A stretch of 64,000 nt of DNA from Phallusia mammillata (taxonomy: Eukaryota), in the NCBI GenBank assembly GCA_965637545.1, contig OZ281494.1, forward strand, positions 25,482,001 to 25,546,000, read 5' to 3'. The stretch's first letter is position 1. Each line of letters starts with the position of its first letter. A program made the position numbers and the translations under genes. Shown here piece by piece: positions 27,558 to 40,500 of this stretch. The notes below the pieces were generated by a model. That model searched no databases. It was not told where the DNA came from and saw only the letters and a program-made list of their open reading frames with translations.

Positions 27558-30500
27558 CAATTGGCTGGAAGATTTATTTTGAAACCTAATCTGCCTCATC
27601 GCGCTGTGAATGCAGGCAATTCGAGAGTTTGGGAAAGGCATTGGGAAAATACGAGGCTTTAACCCACGAGAACTTTTGGGGAAGTTTTAAGTCAAGCGGG
27701 AGTTCAAAAAATGAACAAACAATTTTCTTCAATCGCAGAAATCTCTCACCATCAAGATTTTCATGCACTTAGGATTTCTGAATCAGATTGTTATTTTGCT
27801 AAATGGGAATTTGATATAGGGTATGATGCATAAACCTTTAATGAAGACAACTGTAAAACGGATTTCATTACCACCATTGCCTGTAGCGCATTGCCAAATC
27901 GTCGCCCGCCTGCCGTTATACTTTACAACTGCTTGCTTCGGATACACAAGGCAACGACCTTTTCGGTTTCCTGCGGCTATATTACTGCAGTCTGTCTGCC
28001 CAAAATGAAACTCCTCGGAAGAAGTTTTTTAATTGTCACACTGTGCTGGCGTGGTAGACAATATTAAAAACATGGGTGTATTTGTGTTGCGAGATCATGT
28101 TCATACATGTTCCTCAAAGGGGCGAAACTTTTTGTTAGTTTAAACATGTCTTTTTAAACGATTTAGGGGTCTAAATGTGTACTTTATAGCTCAAAATCCA
28201 AGGGAACCGATAAGTTTGACCTTGTGTATCATCCTTTTAAGATAATTGACGCAACTTAATACCATAAAGCAAAGGATAAGATTTTATCGACACTTACCCC
28301 TGCTTAACTTTAAGTGAACCTTGTGTACAACCGGTCACAGCGATCGCCTACTTTAACGCTGCTACATAAAGACGAAATCAAGTTATCTGTACGTCCAATG
28401 ACAACACCAATGAAACCATTGGAAAATATCAATTTTATGTTTGAAAAAGTTTTTCTTTTTTTTTGCGTTTTACTTTGATCAAAATTATCGTTGTTTTCTC
28501 TGCCAAATGTTTCGTTTCATTCGTCACCTCAATTTTACAAAGCAAAAACTTATTTTAATGATCGACAAATGGACGGTTTTGACAGTCCCTGAATTGTAAA
28601 GTCGAGGGGACGAATATTTTCTGGTTGTTCGCACAACACTGTGAGTTTAAACTGTATTTTTTCGCTTGTTTTCTTTTTTTCCGTTTTCTTTTCTTGTTGT
28701 TTTTGTTTTGTTCAAGTGATAACAGAATAAAATTACAAATCCTAAAAAGTCCTCGTTTTGGCAGTATTTTAGACACACTTAATAAAACTAAAAAAGTGGT
28801 ATTGCTACTGAGAGCAGAGACAAATTTAACACTATATTTTGGCAACCTAACAAATCTATTCCAACATCTTCTTTGCTGTAATCATCTACTTGTAATAATC
28901 ATAGAGGTGTTTAAACATGGCGCTTATCTATCTTGCTATTACAGCCATTTTTCGTAACTCTGCAAGAGTAAATAACTACTATTCACTTACCAGCGCAAAG
29001 AGAAGGAGTGGCAAAATACACACCTGTAATTTTAACAATTGCCGCGTTTCAAATGTCTGCATGGCGTAATAGTTTTACTGAGGAACTGTTTGGATTTATC
29101 GATCATCTTTTTTAACCTTCACACACACAAAAAGGAACCATAATAGACAAATGAGATTTTCATGATAAATTTCAGGACTTGGTTCTGTAAAAAATATTAG
29201 TCATCTTGTGGTATTTTGTAAGTGAACCACCTTAATACAACACATTTTCTGTGTACACTTACCTTTGCGCGATAAAAACATTATTTATTGTGGCCTGTCG
29301 ACGAATTGTTTTGTTTGCTTGTCGTACATTAACGTAGCACACACGAACACAATGGGGCCATTATGTGATACAATCTCCCAGAATCGAGCAAATGTTTGAC
29401 TTGTTTGCTACCAAGGTTAGAATTAATGGCGCCTTTGCTGAGTGAATAAGTGGCCAAACAGATGCAACACACCATATTGAGTAAATATATTGGTGAACTG
29501 TTCTGTGAAAGTTGTCAATGCTATATTCTCCCTAAGTGTTACTATGTATAATCCAAGTAATGTTTAGGACTTTTGTTGTTGATGTAAGTGTAGTAAAAAA
29601 ATCTCCGCAACACATTGGCCTTTGTTATACAAGACCATATTTGGTCACACAAGGCGGGTGCAAATTTACGCGTTGGCTGGAATACACAAATCGCATGTAG
29701 TGTGGGGATTTTGAAACCAGTCCTTCTGAAATTTCCATCTTGTTGGTGTTAAACAATATTTTGACTTAAATAAAGATTTGACTGGAACTTACGGGTTTTC
29801 CAGTTCTAAAGGTTGTGGTTATTTTTCCAAGAAAACTGAGATAACATATTGTGAATGTTGTTGAAAAATAGGTTATCCTTGTAGCAACCGCCCAAAATCA
29901 GTTTTAGTGGTTTGAAAAGAAACAAATAAAAATAAACCGAACAAGAACGAAATCTTTGACAAGAGATATAAGTCAATTTAGGGTTCTTTAGCGCCATCTT
30001 GTGAAAGTTTGTTTGACCAAATCTTTAGTGTATTTGCAATAAAGAAAACAAATAAAGAAAGGGGGTATTTTGTTTGTTTACTACGTTAAAACACACTTTT
30101 CCAAACCGTTGGTTAGTCTCAGTTTTTTTTATATTTGATATTTTGCAGTGGAACTTAATGTTAGTCGTGTTTTCAAAGTACTTTCCAATAATATTCCGAT
30201 TTGATAAACCACAATTTGCATGACATTAATGTTGTGGGGAAATCTGCGGTGGGGAGTAAATTCAGACAGCATAAGGCTACTGCGACTATTTAGGATTCCC
30301 TAAAGAGCAACATGCGAATGCCAATACCTTTCAGTCATCCAGTTGAAATGATTGGCAGTAAGTTTATGTGCTGCGCCGTTATAGTTAGTTTTCATAAATA
30401 TTACAAAAACATTAAACAACAAAGTAGTAAGGCATTTTTTGCCATATTGTTTATTATTTTTTGATGATTTTGCAGTCGTTTCCTGATCCTGCGGCACTAA

Positions 30501-31565
30501 TGTTTTTTGCACTATATACTGTATCGTTTTTAAGTCTAGTTTCAAAACTCATACGAAACAATATCTAGGAATTTTCTGGAGTCTTTCCTGAATGCTAAAA
30601 CTAAAATTGCATAAATCGCAGTGTCATAATTATAACGGTCTACAAAAAAACAAAAGCTAGATCATGAAATACAGTACAGGGCTAAACCATCTTTCTTTTA
30701 TGTTTCCTGTGGTCATAGGGAGGTTGTAACATATGTTACAGCAAGAAAATATGTTGATAACTAACATTTTGTCATCACTTACACACGCCGCTTACCACCC
30801 ATGGTGAAGCAAACACGACACCGGGAATTTACTATGTTCAAACGCCCTCCTTCACAAGGCAAGTGAAGGTTTGATAAACCATCTTATAAGACATCAGGAC
30901 AGCTTATGCAACGTGGTATAATGTTGGATTGAAACGGATATTGATACTAAATTTGTGAAATTACGTTTTACATTAAAGCATTTAATCGCAATCACATTGA
31001 AGTAGTGTATTTTACAATATTTCAATTCATATTGAAATGCTATATTGTTTGTTGTACCAACCAATTTCTGAATGTTTCATTTTTTTATTTGCGCATACAT
31101 GAAAAAATATTCAGCTCAAAAAGTAGCACTTGGAAAAACACAAAATCAAAGGCGCACTTCAAACAAAAAACACAATGTGAAACAAAGACATGGCAAGATC
31201 GAAACCCAGCCCAAGTTACGCAATACCTTCAAAAACAATGCGTCACCAGAACGCCCCAAATGTATTACGAGGTTAAACGCAGATTTATTATTTATGACCG
31301 TAAAGTGCATTATCCTCATTCAATCCAAAGATTAATCTACTCATCATCGATCGATGGGCCTTACTCATGCCGCTAGGTGGGGCTGCAACACAAAATTTTC
31401 GGGAGTTGAAAAAACTGTGCCACCAGCGGCTAATCGGCCTCGGTCTGAAACCAAATTGTATTTGCTTGGCTCAGCAAAGACAAAGCTGTTTTACAGCATG
31501 TTGTACTTAACGTCCTCCGCCTTGGAGATCATCACTGATGCCTCTTTTGGCCCACGGAAAAGTTT

Positions 31566-34500
31566 TCACGCAACATACATGCACATTAACAAAGCAATCA
31601 GAAAACTGGACAAGGTCAGTCCAAATGATACTTGATGAATTCGTGTTGCTGCATTGTCGTCGTTATTGGACGATGCTGCAGCACTTGCACGCGGCGCTTG
31701 AGGCGTTTTAACAATAGGCCTCACTACTGGATCCATCGGTTTGTGTTTATTGTGGTTTTCACGCTTGTGATCACGAGTGTTGCTGATTGCATCTGCGAAG
31801 TAAAAACAAGTTTGTTAAAAACCAGCACAACGTGTTTTTTAGCCGTGTAACAGTGTAAGCAGGACCTTATTGAAACTTTGAGGAGTAACTTCATACACCT
31901 GGAACCGTATTTGTATATGTTCGATTGTACTACTTCGTAAACAAATTACAAACTTGTATGCTTTTTATTTTATATTTTGAAATTGCATTAGTTTAACACG
32001 TTAGCTCCCAAACCTATTTACTGCAGGGATTTTAGTCACTCTATATCTAATTGAAAAGAAATTCCAGTCGCTGCTTTGGTCGAAAGGCGTAAATAGGTGG
32101 TATGAGAAGCTTTGACTTTCGTTTTAAACTTCAACTTTATCACGACTAAACTTAATTGAATGGCATATATGTGATGTGTAGCATGTCGTAAGTTTCAACA
32201 CTCCTAACAGGTCGTTTCGATAAAAGGTATTCCTGACACGACACTGTATATACGTCTGTTATATCAGTTCTTATCAGTCACATGCTATCCTCAAATCCCA
32301 TCGCTAATAGCTTTCCAGTTTTGTCTGTGTTTTAGGTCTGATGTCCTATGTTTACCAATGTGGTGGTGATAGTGGATACGTGTGTTTTCCTTGACCCAAT
32401 ATTTACTGACACAAAAGCTTTCTGCTGTTCGATTAGTGGTAAGCTTAAGTGACAACCAACCAACCAACCTGGCGATTGAATAAATATTTCAGGTCCTCTG
32501 TTATTTTTCCATGAGTTTTTGTGCTTGGAGTCTTGACCTATAATTAAAACAATATATTTTTCGCACCGAAATTACCACAAAATAGAGTCTTTCTATCTGT
32601 TCTCATAAAGAAAGGTCCTAACTGTTGTGTTACTCATGTTTTGTTTTTGATGCTGTTTTTATGTGCTTTTATTTAGGCTTAGTAAGATTTGTTTTAGGTA
32701 TAATCGCCATTTAAATTGTATTACTTTCGAACTGATGACGCTGCCCTTGATTCTAAATCCTTGATACGATCTACATACCTTGGTCTTTTTCTTTTCTGAT
32801 GGTAATAACAAGTTTCAAGATGTCCTTGTCGCATGTTCCACTTTGCTTCGTTCTCGGCTTGGCTGAAAATAAAATAATATGTAAATAGATAGACAAATAA
32901 CATCGCAGCTATGTTATTCAAATTTTGTGGATAGAATCAACAACATTAGACTGTATACCGCCCTCTGGCAAATATATACACGATACTTTGAAGTGTTATT
33001 TTCAACACAAATTGTCAAAACTGTATTTGTGGTAAGAACATGTTGTTGCAAATCTTTTTACCAATTTGTAATGTAACTCATGGTCACGTTTTTACAAAAT
33101 TGTTTAGGCTGTTTTAAAAATCTAGTTATTCAAATTTATTTACATTGTCACTTCATTACATTGTCATCGTTGAACGGTTTCATAAAACAGCATGGACACC
33201 GAAAAAAACATGGGTTATCACTCGTCCTAAAAACATTGCTGGACAATTGTCAAAAAAGCTAAAACTTTTAACACAGCTTTCTAATAGTCGTTTATGCTAT
33301 CAAAATAATTTAAAATCTGTTTGAAAACTATTTATTCAATATGAAACAAACACAAGCACATGTTGAATGCATAGACTCGAAACGTTGTTTCTCATACAAC
33401 CGCGACATTTTAAAATATCAACGAAAAACATGTTTCAATGTTGACACCATGATGATTAAAATGGCGATCCCTATCTGGGGGTGAGTCCACCACAGTGACG
33501 CAACCAGCGGTGTTTTTACAATGATTTTGTCACGTTGCGTTCAAGGGCAGGTGCTATATAATAAACAGAACAAACTCATATCTAACCACCATCAATAACA
33601 CTGATATGCGGTTACAGACTTAATGTTTCTTGTTTCAAGCATAAAAAATGGTTTATTGAAAGAAATTGTTTTTCTAACAAAAGAAATTTTTTTTACAATT
33701 CAGTAAAACCACCACGTTTATAAAATTCACAAAAAGTTGGACTGATCAGAATTGATGACACTTGTCTATCACCTGACGCCAACACAAGCATCAGTGGACA
33801 GTTAAATTGGCTGCAACGAATGCCAATGTTTAGGCGTAAACATGTTTGAAAGAAGTTGAACAATACGGCATCCAATTTAACATCGCTAATCGCGAAGTCC
33901 GATCGAAAACCGGATTCGAACTCCGTTCAGCCTCATTAACTATGAGGATCGCACCAACCGGCGTGAAATTAATTGCACAAGCACAAAAGCCACAAGCAAA
34001 CACACAAAGGCGGTAGGCTCTTTGGAAAACATAGAAGTTTTTCACATCATGTCAGGAGTTTGACAAAATTCAGCAAAACGAAGACGGATTGTTCGGTTTG
34101 CAAAATGGGATCATGCGCATTCTTGCGAAGCAAAAAGTGGTGATGTGTCATCCATGCATGAATGAGCATAGGACTGGTGGATCAGGACTTCACAAACATG
34201 CGTGATTCTTGGCAATAACAGCACGCATAGCCTCAGGTTTGGCAATGACCAGTGCGGCGAGTCCCCAAAATAGAGGCTGATCTATTGTTGTGATGACTGA
34301 TGTACTATCAGGCCAAATTATCAGCAGTAATGTTTTCGCGAAATTTCCATCGTCGAGTGAGCAAGGTTTGGCCACCTGCAGTCTGACTTGGCAAAATGGG
34401 TGGCCCCATTGTTTTTCGTGTGATAGCATGTGAGCAGGGTGCTGAGCACGTGATTGTGGGTGGGACGAAGTACTACGCAAACATTCGCTGGCAATGTAGC

Positions 34501-37500
34501 GTGACTCCAAAAAAGCATTCGGCGCCAATATTTAGCGGCAAACTACAATGCAACGTCTGTAAGATTCTCGATAACCGTTTTTTCCCAAGGTCTTATTTGA
34601 CATTTGAACACATTTGAACAAACATTTTTTTAAGGGTGATTGTGTCACAGTTCTTCTATTTACGCCCAGAATTGTCAGTTTTCATGCACGTTATCTTTCA
34701 GTGTCTATTCTCGCTCCAAATGGGATTGGGAGCTTCTATAACTGCATGAAATGCCAAACCTTAATATCGCGATAAATGCCATTTCCTTTTTATAATGTAT
34801 GCACTTTTTTCAGGTGTGCTATTTTTCATTAAGGAGCGCTCAATTAGGCAAAGTGGGTCGAACAGACGAACACGCCTCTGGATTCGACGCGCGATATTTG
34901 CACAGTTTTATCCACCGAGATCAAGCGGTCAAAAGTAAACGAAACAGTAGACAGGCGCAGCTTACGCATCAAAGGCGTGAAGAGCCCTGATGCAGGAGTC
35001 GGTAAAAGATTGGTAGTCTGCTTTCTAGCGAAATCGTGTTTTCGGGTGTCTAAAGGCATTTGCTTGACAATAAATCAAGCTGATGAAATGTGGATGGGGT
35101 AGGATAGGCGGGCACTTATTTCCACGCGTAGATTGGCAACCCGAGATTGAATCGACTTTTCTTTGCGCGAAAAGAATGAGCTTTTTTGGCTCGCCGCCAA
35201 ATTCAACAAGGCCGGTTTGCAGTTCATCAATTTAAATGCACTTCTACACAAAATTGACATTTTTCTTCGTATTTATCTGTATTGGGTTGTCAGGCACTGT
35301 TGAAGCGTGCATTGATGGGGTAAGCGCAGAATTCGACAAATTTATGCAGCAAATAACGTTTTGCCCGTAAATTGCATCAGCCAAAGATGGTAAACGTTTT
35401 CAACTTAAATTTAGGTGATTGAAATTTCTGGGGTAAATTCCGCAAAAACAAGTTTCGCTTTCAAATTCCAAACCTCACATAGGCTAATACTCGGGATATT
35501 TACCGAAAAACATTCATCATTTCCCATAAAATACGATCGTCAATCTGACTTACAATGTCAACGTTTGTTGAAGTTTGTCAAATTTAAAATCGTCACGCAT
35601 TGGTTTGAATGACGTCAATCCGGTGGAAGTTCATTCTAAACTACGTCCGTCAGCAAATACGCAAAGACAATGTACACATGTTATCAGTTTCCCAAATGAC
35701 GTCCATGTACATCGTTCAAATGATATTGACAACGCTGATGTAACGGATTTACATAATTACGAGTCCTAAACGGTATAACTTTGCATTTCCTTGTCCAGTC
35801 ATCCGAATTTTGTTCAGTCACCTATATTTGTTCACATGTCAGAACGGATTAAGTTAAGCCAAGCGTGACTAAGAACAATTTGAGGGACATAGCGGTCAGA
35901 AGGTCAGGTGTCCGAGATAAAATCGCCATTGATATGAATGAGTTAGGGTCATGGGATGTGCAAACTACGACGTGACCTTCGAGAAAGCGCCTATTCCCCG
36001 ATAAAATACTCGTCCAGTGATGGACAGCGACATGTCCACTAACCGAGTTCAAATGCTTGACCAGTTGGAGGAAAACGCCGCAACACTGAAGTGTGATGTG
36101 TTTGACGATAAACAAGTGGACAACTCAAAGACGTTTTGTTACATTTTTAGCAAAAAGGTCACTTCTACTTGGCTTACATCCATTAAGGAAGAGCAAATAT
36201 AAAATTCAGATCCAACCTCAACTTGTTTTGTTCGTGCAAAATTTTTCGGCAACTCTTTTTTTTCCTAATTGATAATAACATACTTTCAGAAACCAACTTG
36301 TCCAAACTAATTTTTTACTGTTTCCGGAAAAGACGTTTTGAGCCGCTTCATTTCATTCAGAGCATTTTAAAAGCCGGGAATACGACACTAAGCAAATAGC
36401 AACGGACAAAAGTTTCGAACGCGTCCTCTGCGTTTCGACTTGACTCCGAAAAGGGGAAACCGACTTGGTTGAAACAACGTTTCCAATTTGTCAATGAGAC
36501 ACTAATCAAATTGTTCAAAGAAAGCAAAGTGCTTCTCGAAATACCCAAGCTACCAAAATTAGGTTTAACTTATAAAAACAGTATAAATACAGCTACTGAC
36601 AAAGGTATAATGTTGGCAAATTATCGAGATGTATAAAGAACTTGGTAAATGGGGTATATGTAGCTAAAGTGCAAAAATTGTTTGGCCGCAGCACAAATGG
36701 ATTTACATTTAGAAGTATCATTCGCGAATTGCCGCGGTAAATTGCTCATGGCCGGGTAGTAATGGACTTCGTCTTAACGGCAACAATCTTTCAATCTGGG
36801 CCTTCTAAAGCGGGACAGAAATGCGCAAGCGAGTAAGACCTTCCTGGGAAGAACGTGAAATGTCAGTGAGGTTTGTCAGCTGTTATCGTGTGTTTACCTC
36901 AAAAAACAACACAACACTACTGATGGAAACCATGGGCGCATCATGCTACAACATGTTTCTGTTTGTGAACTTTGTTTAGAAACAGTGATGTGTGTTTATC
37001 AGATAAAGAAAATAATCGTCGGGCACAGTTTACCGTATACATCACGTGGGAATTCAACATCGCAAATATTTTAGTGGTATATACTCACAAAAATAGTAGT
37101 AAGTGTGACCGGGTTTGAAAACAAATCCAACGGGACTTGGGCTTCTTTTCTGAAACTTTGTTGTCAATTTCGTTTCATGCTCAGGATCAAAACATCGAAG
37201 TATTGTTCGTTCTCCTAAAAAAGTTCAAAATAAAATTTTTAATGCATTTTAGAAAATGCTCATATTGAAGTGTCTTTTCTTAGCTAGATATACAGAGGTG
37301 ACACCAGCACTGCTTTGTAGCTAATTTTCATCACCTCTGTGCCTATTAAAGGATCACAAATTTGGTCGGAAGTTGCATTTCTGTTAAATGTTTTGGGTAA
37401 TATCACGTAAGGTTTGTTTTAAAAACGGATTTATACAACCGCCGTATAAACATCGTCAACAAGTAATTCCGTCGCTACATTTACATCATTAGAGCCGGAT

Positions 37501-40500
37501 TGTTAAAACAAAACAAGCAAGAAAATACACGGGTTTAAAGTGATGTAAGTGACATCAGTAACACAGCGTCGGTACCTTATAATGCTCCCACTTACAAAAA
37601 ATGTTGTAAAGTGAATTCCTACACAAACTTACAAAGAAAATCAATCAACTTAAGCAACTGCACGACCAGATAGTTGGTGCCATTTTTTTCCAAATAAGGG
37701 ACCAAAAAATTAAAGGGTTAAAATCTATCGGGGTTATAAGGGCATTGAGTTATATCACAACATCAAGTACACATCACATGAAAGACTAATCCTACAGAAA
37801 AGCTCAGGGCATTGTGTATAAGATGTCATGGCCGAAATCAGACACCAATCATCCGGCCTTGCGCTTATTTACGTGCTGATCGTTATCAACAGCGGACCGA
37901 ACATGGAGCATTTACGGGACAAGCGCCTGTACTGAGTTGTAAATTGTGTAATGCGAAGCTACACGGAAGAAGTGTCGAGACGATGCGAGCGAGATAGAAA
38001 AGATGGCGACCTTCGCAGTAAGCGTGATTGAGACTGAGATATCATTCCACGCAGAGCAAGTAACTCGCAAAAAATCGCCTCAACAGAGTGCTGCATTTCA
38101 AATCTGCAAATTGTGTGGCTGCAGAAAACTTAAGGTGTTTTTAAAATGTCGGTTGAAATTAAGCTATTGATCCCTGCTCACTGGTCGTGGTGAGATTTAT
38201 AACCGTTTTGGTGCCAAGCCAAGTAAAAATATCTGCAGAGTAACGACTCGCTCTTGCAAAATGCTAAACGTATTACGACATATTTCACAATGCAATTGAA
38301 ATGCAATCTCACTCTTTAACAGTTTTATCTTTCAGAGGTCGAACAAATGCCCTAGGTCTTATATTGAAATGCCTCGTAACTATAAAACAAAATTTTAATT
38401 GGCATTCAAGTTTGGTAGTTTTAAGTATCGTTTTCAGGCAAATAATAAAGACCGGTATTGGGTTGAAACCTTACATATAAGATGCCACTGTGGCAGTGCC
38501 ATGCGACCTTCAGGGGTCTCAGAGCTCTAAATGTCAGTATAATGACTCATGGGGTGCTTAAAAGGAAATAATTATTTTCTACGGTTTTCATTGTATAAAG
38601 GATTTTATATGCTCCACAAAGTCTTTGAAAGACATATTTAACTTACTTTACCAAAAGTGTAAGGGTTCCGGTATTCCAAAAACTTTGAAACTTTTGCAAA
38701 AATATTGGGTTGCACCAACTTTAAAAATATTGGTAACAAGTTTCCCCTAAAGGTTATCTGGAAACAATGTGCAGCACTGAATGCATGGCTCGAAAAATGG
38801 AATAATAACCCAATCTATTCGCTGCAGGATCACTTACTTGTTGCAGTGCATTGGGTAAACTCTTCCTTTGTTACGTTGAAGAGTTCAATCAACAAGTGTC
38901 TGTTCGTGCTGCGGTGACGCTTGTGAACAGACGTATATGGGCATATGATGTCCAACCAGTCGTCCACATCCACTTCGAGATGCATGATGCCTTTTCCCAA
39001 ACTTCAATAAAGAAAAAACTGTATTCACTACATTGTAATGGTTTATTAAAGCTGCTATAATTCCGCTTATAGTCGATACAATAAAACCACGAGTCCATGG
39101 AAGGTTTTGCTATGCTGTGGAATTAAAGCCCAAAAACCTAAAATTTGCGGAATTATGACCGTTTTAGTGGAAACAAAAGTTTTAGTTGCGAGTTTAGCAG
39201 TGATTAAGAAGGCATGGTTTTTAATCCGAGTCGAGTAATCCTATTCATGACACTAAACGGTTTTGGGTCATTCCCAATCACGTTTGGCACGCATGAATTT
39301 TATGCCGAGTTGTTCAGTTAAAGTTAAACAAACAATTATTCCATTACACAATAAACTAATTGACTTAACCTTTATTCTTTTGATTCTTGTGTGCAGTGGA
39401 AAACAGATTTTTTTGTTTTGTTCGATCGATAAGGTAGAATGCAAAGACAAAAAGGTTTGTGTGAAAATTGCAGATGATGCAATTTTGCTTGTTTCCCATT
39501 TCGGGCCAAATTAGCCGGGAAAAACAATCTTTTGGCAATCGCACAGTTTTTTTGAAGTCAGTAATCCCTAAATCTTCCCAAAAATGTGTACAACAACTCT
39601 GCGTGAACAAACAAACTGATTCGGCATTCTCCGTCAACTGATTGGCAGATTTAAATTCGACACAGCAACCAATCCTGGGGTCGACTGGTTAGCAACGTGG
39701 AAAGATGGCAAGATTAAGATAACCCCAGAGGTGAAGAGAACACTTGGTTTCGCGGCGTCTGCTTGTGTTTGCGCTACGTGCCAAGTAGCGATTTTACCAT
39801 GACAGCGCAGCCAACAACAGCAAATAGTCACTCTGTCTGCACCTATTACCTAGCATCATCAGCTTTCGGTAGGAATGAATGCGCCGCTAAGTAATCCAGC
39901 GCGAAACACTTGTCGTCGGCTCACGTGATCCAAAGCGCCCCGACCGTCTGCCCCCGGTAGTACCCAGTCATTAATTGAAACTTTATCAGATTGCAAATCA
40001 ACAACCATGACTTTGGTGAATGTCACGGTAAAAAGGTTGAAATGTTTTTTTGCACATCATATTTCGAAGAATATTTAAACTAAAAAATTATAAAAGCGGA
40101 AGAGGCGTCATAGGATAACAATGGAACCCTATTTTTGCAAAACATGTTCAAACTAAATTTACGTCAAAAGAATACTTGACGTAACAATAACGAAGCACAC
40201 CCTATTGTTTAGGATTACAAGAAGCAACACAACGTATACAATTGTTACGAAAATTGTTATGCAAGTTGCGACACAATTGTTATGCAAGTTGCGAACCACA
40301 TAATTACTATAACTTCGTGAACGACGGCCCATAAGCAAATGTCGCGAACTATTTTATAAACACAACATCATACACACACAAATTGGACGATTGAGTTTTG
40401 TTTACATGCCTGAAGGGCTCATTTAATTTCAGCTGTTCGTCGAACTGTGAAAACCCGATAAAATCGATACCATGACGACAGTAGTGACTGTGACCCGTGG

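Noticed and set aside
33895-33965. tRNA-like minus-strand segment with GTTCGAATCC and a CCTCAT/ATGAGG hairpin
   Set aside because: No 7-bp acceptor stem, D-arm or correctly registered T-stem could be built. tRNAscan-SE would settle it.
1199-37053. Enrichment of CSL/Su(H) sites (GTGGGAA) around the ephrins
   Set aside because: Sites exist (e.g. near 1199, 1462, 3841, 13424, 37046) but are scattered, not paired, and not clearly above chance for a 7-mer in 64 kb.
40252-40294. CRISPR-like array from short direct repeats
   Set aside because: Only two copies with a 3-nt gap, in a eukaryotic context with no cas genes; these are simple tandem duplications.
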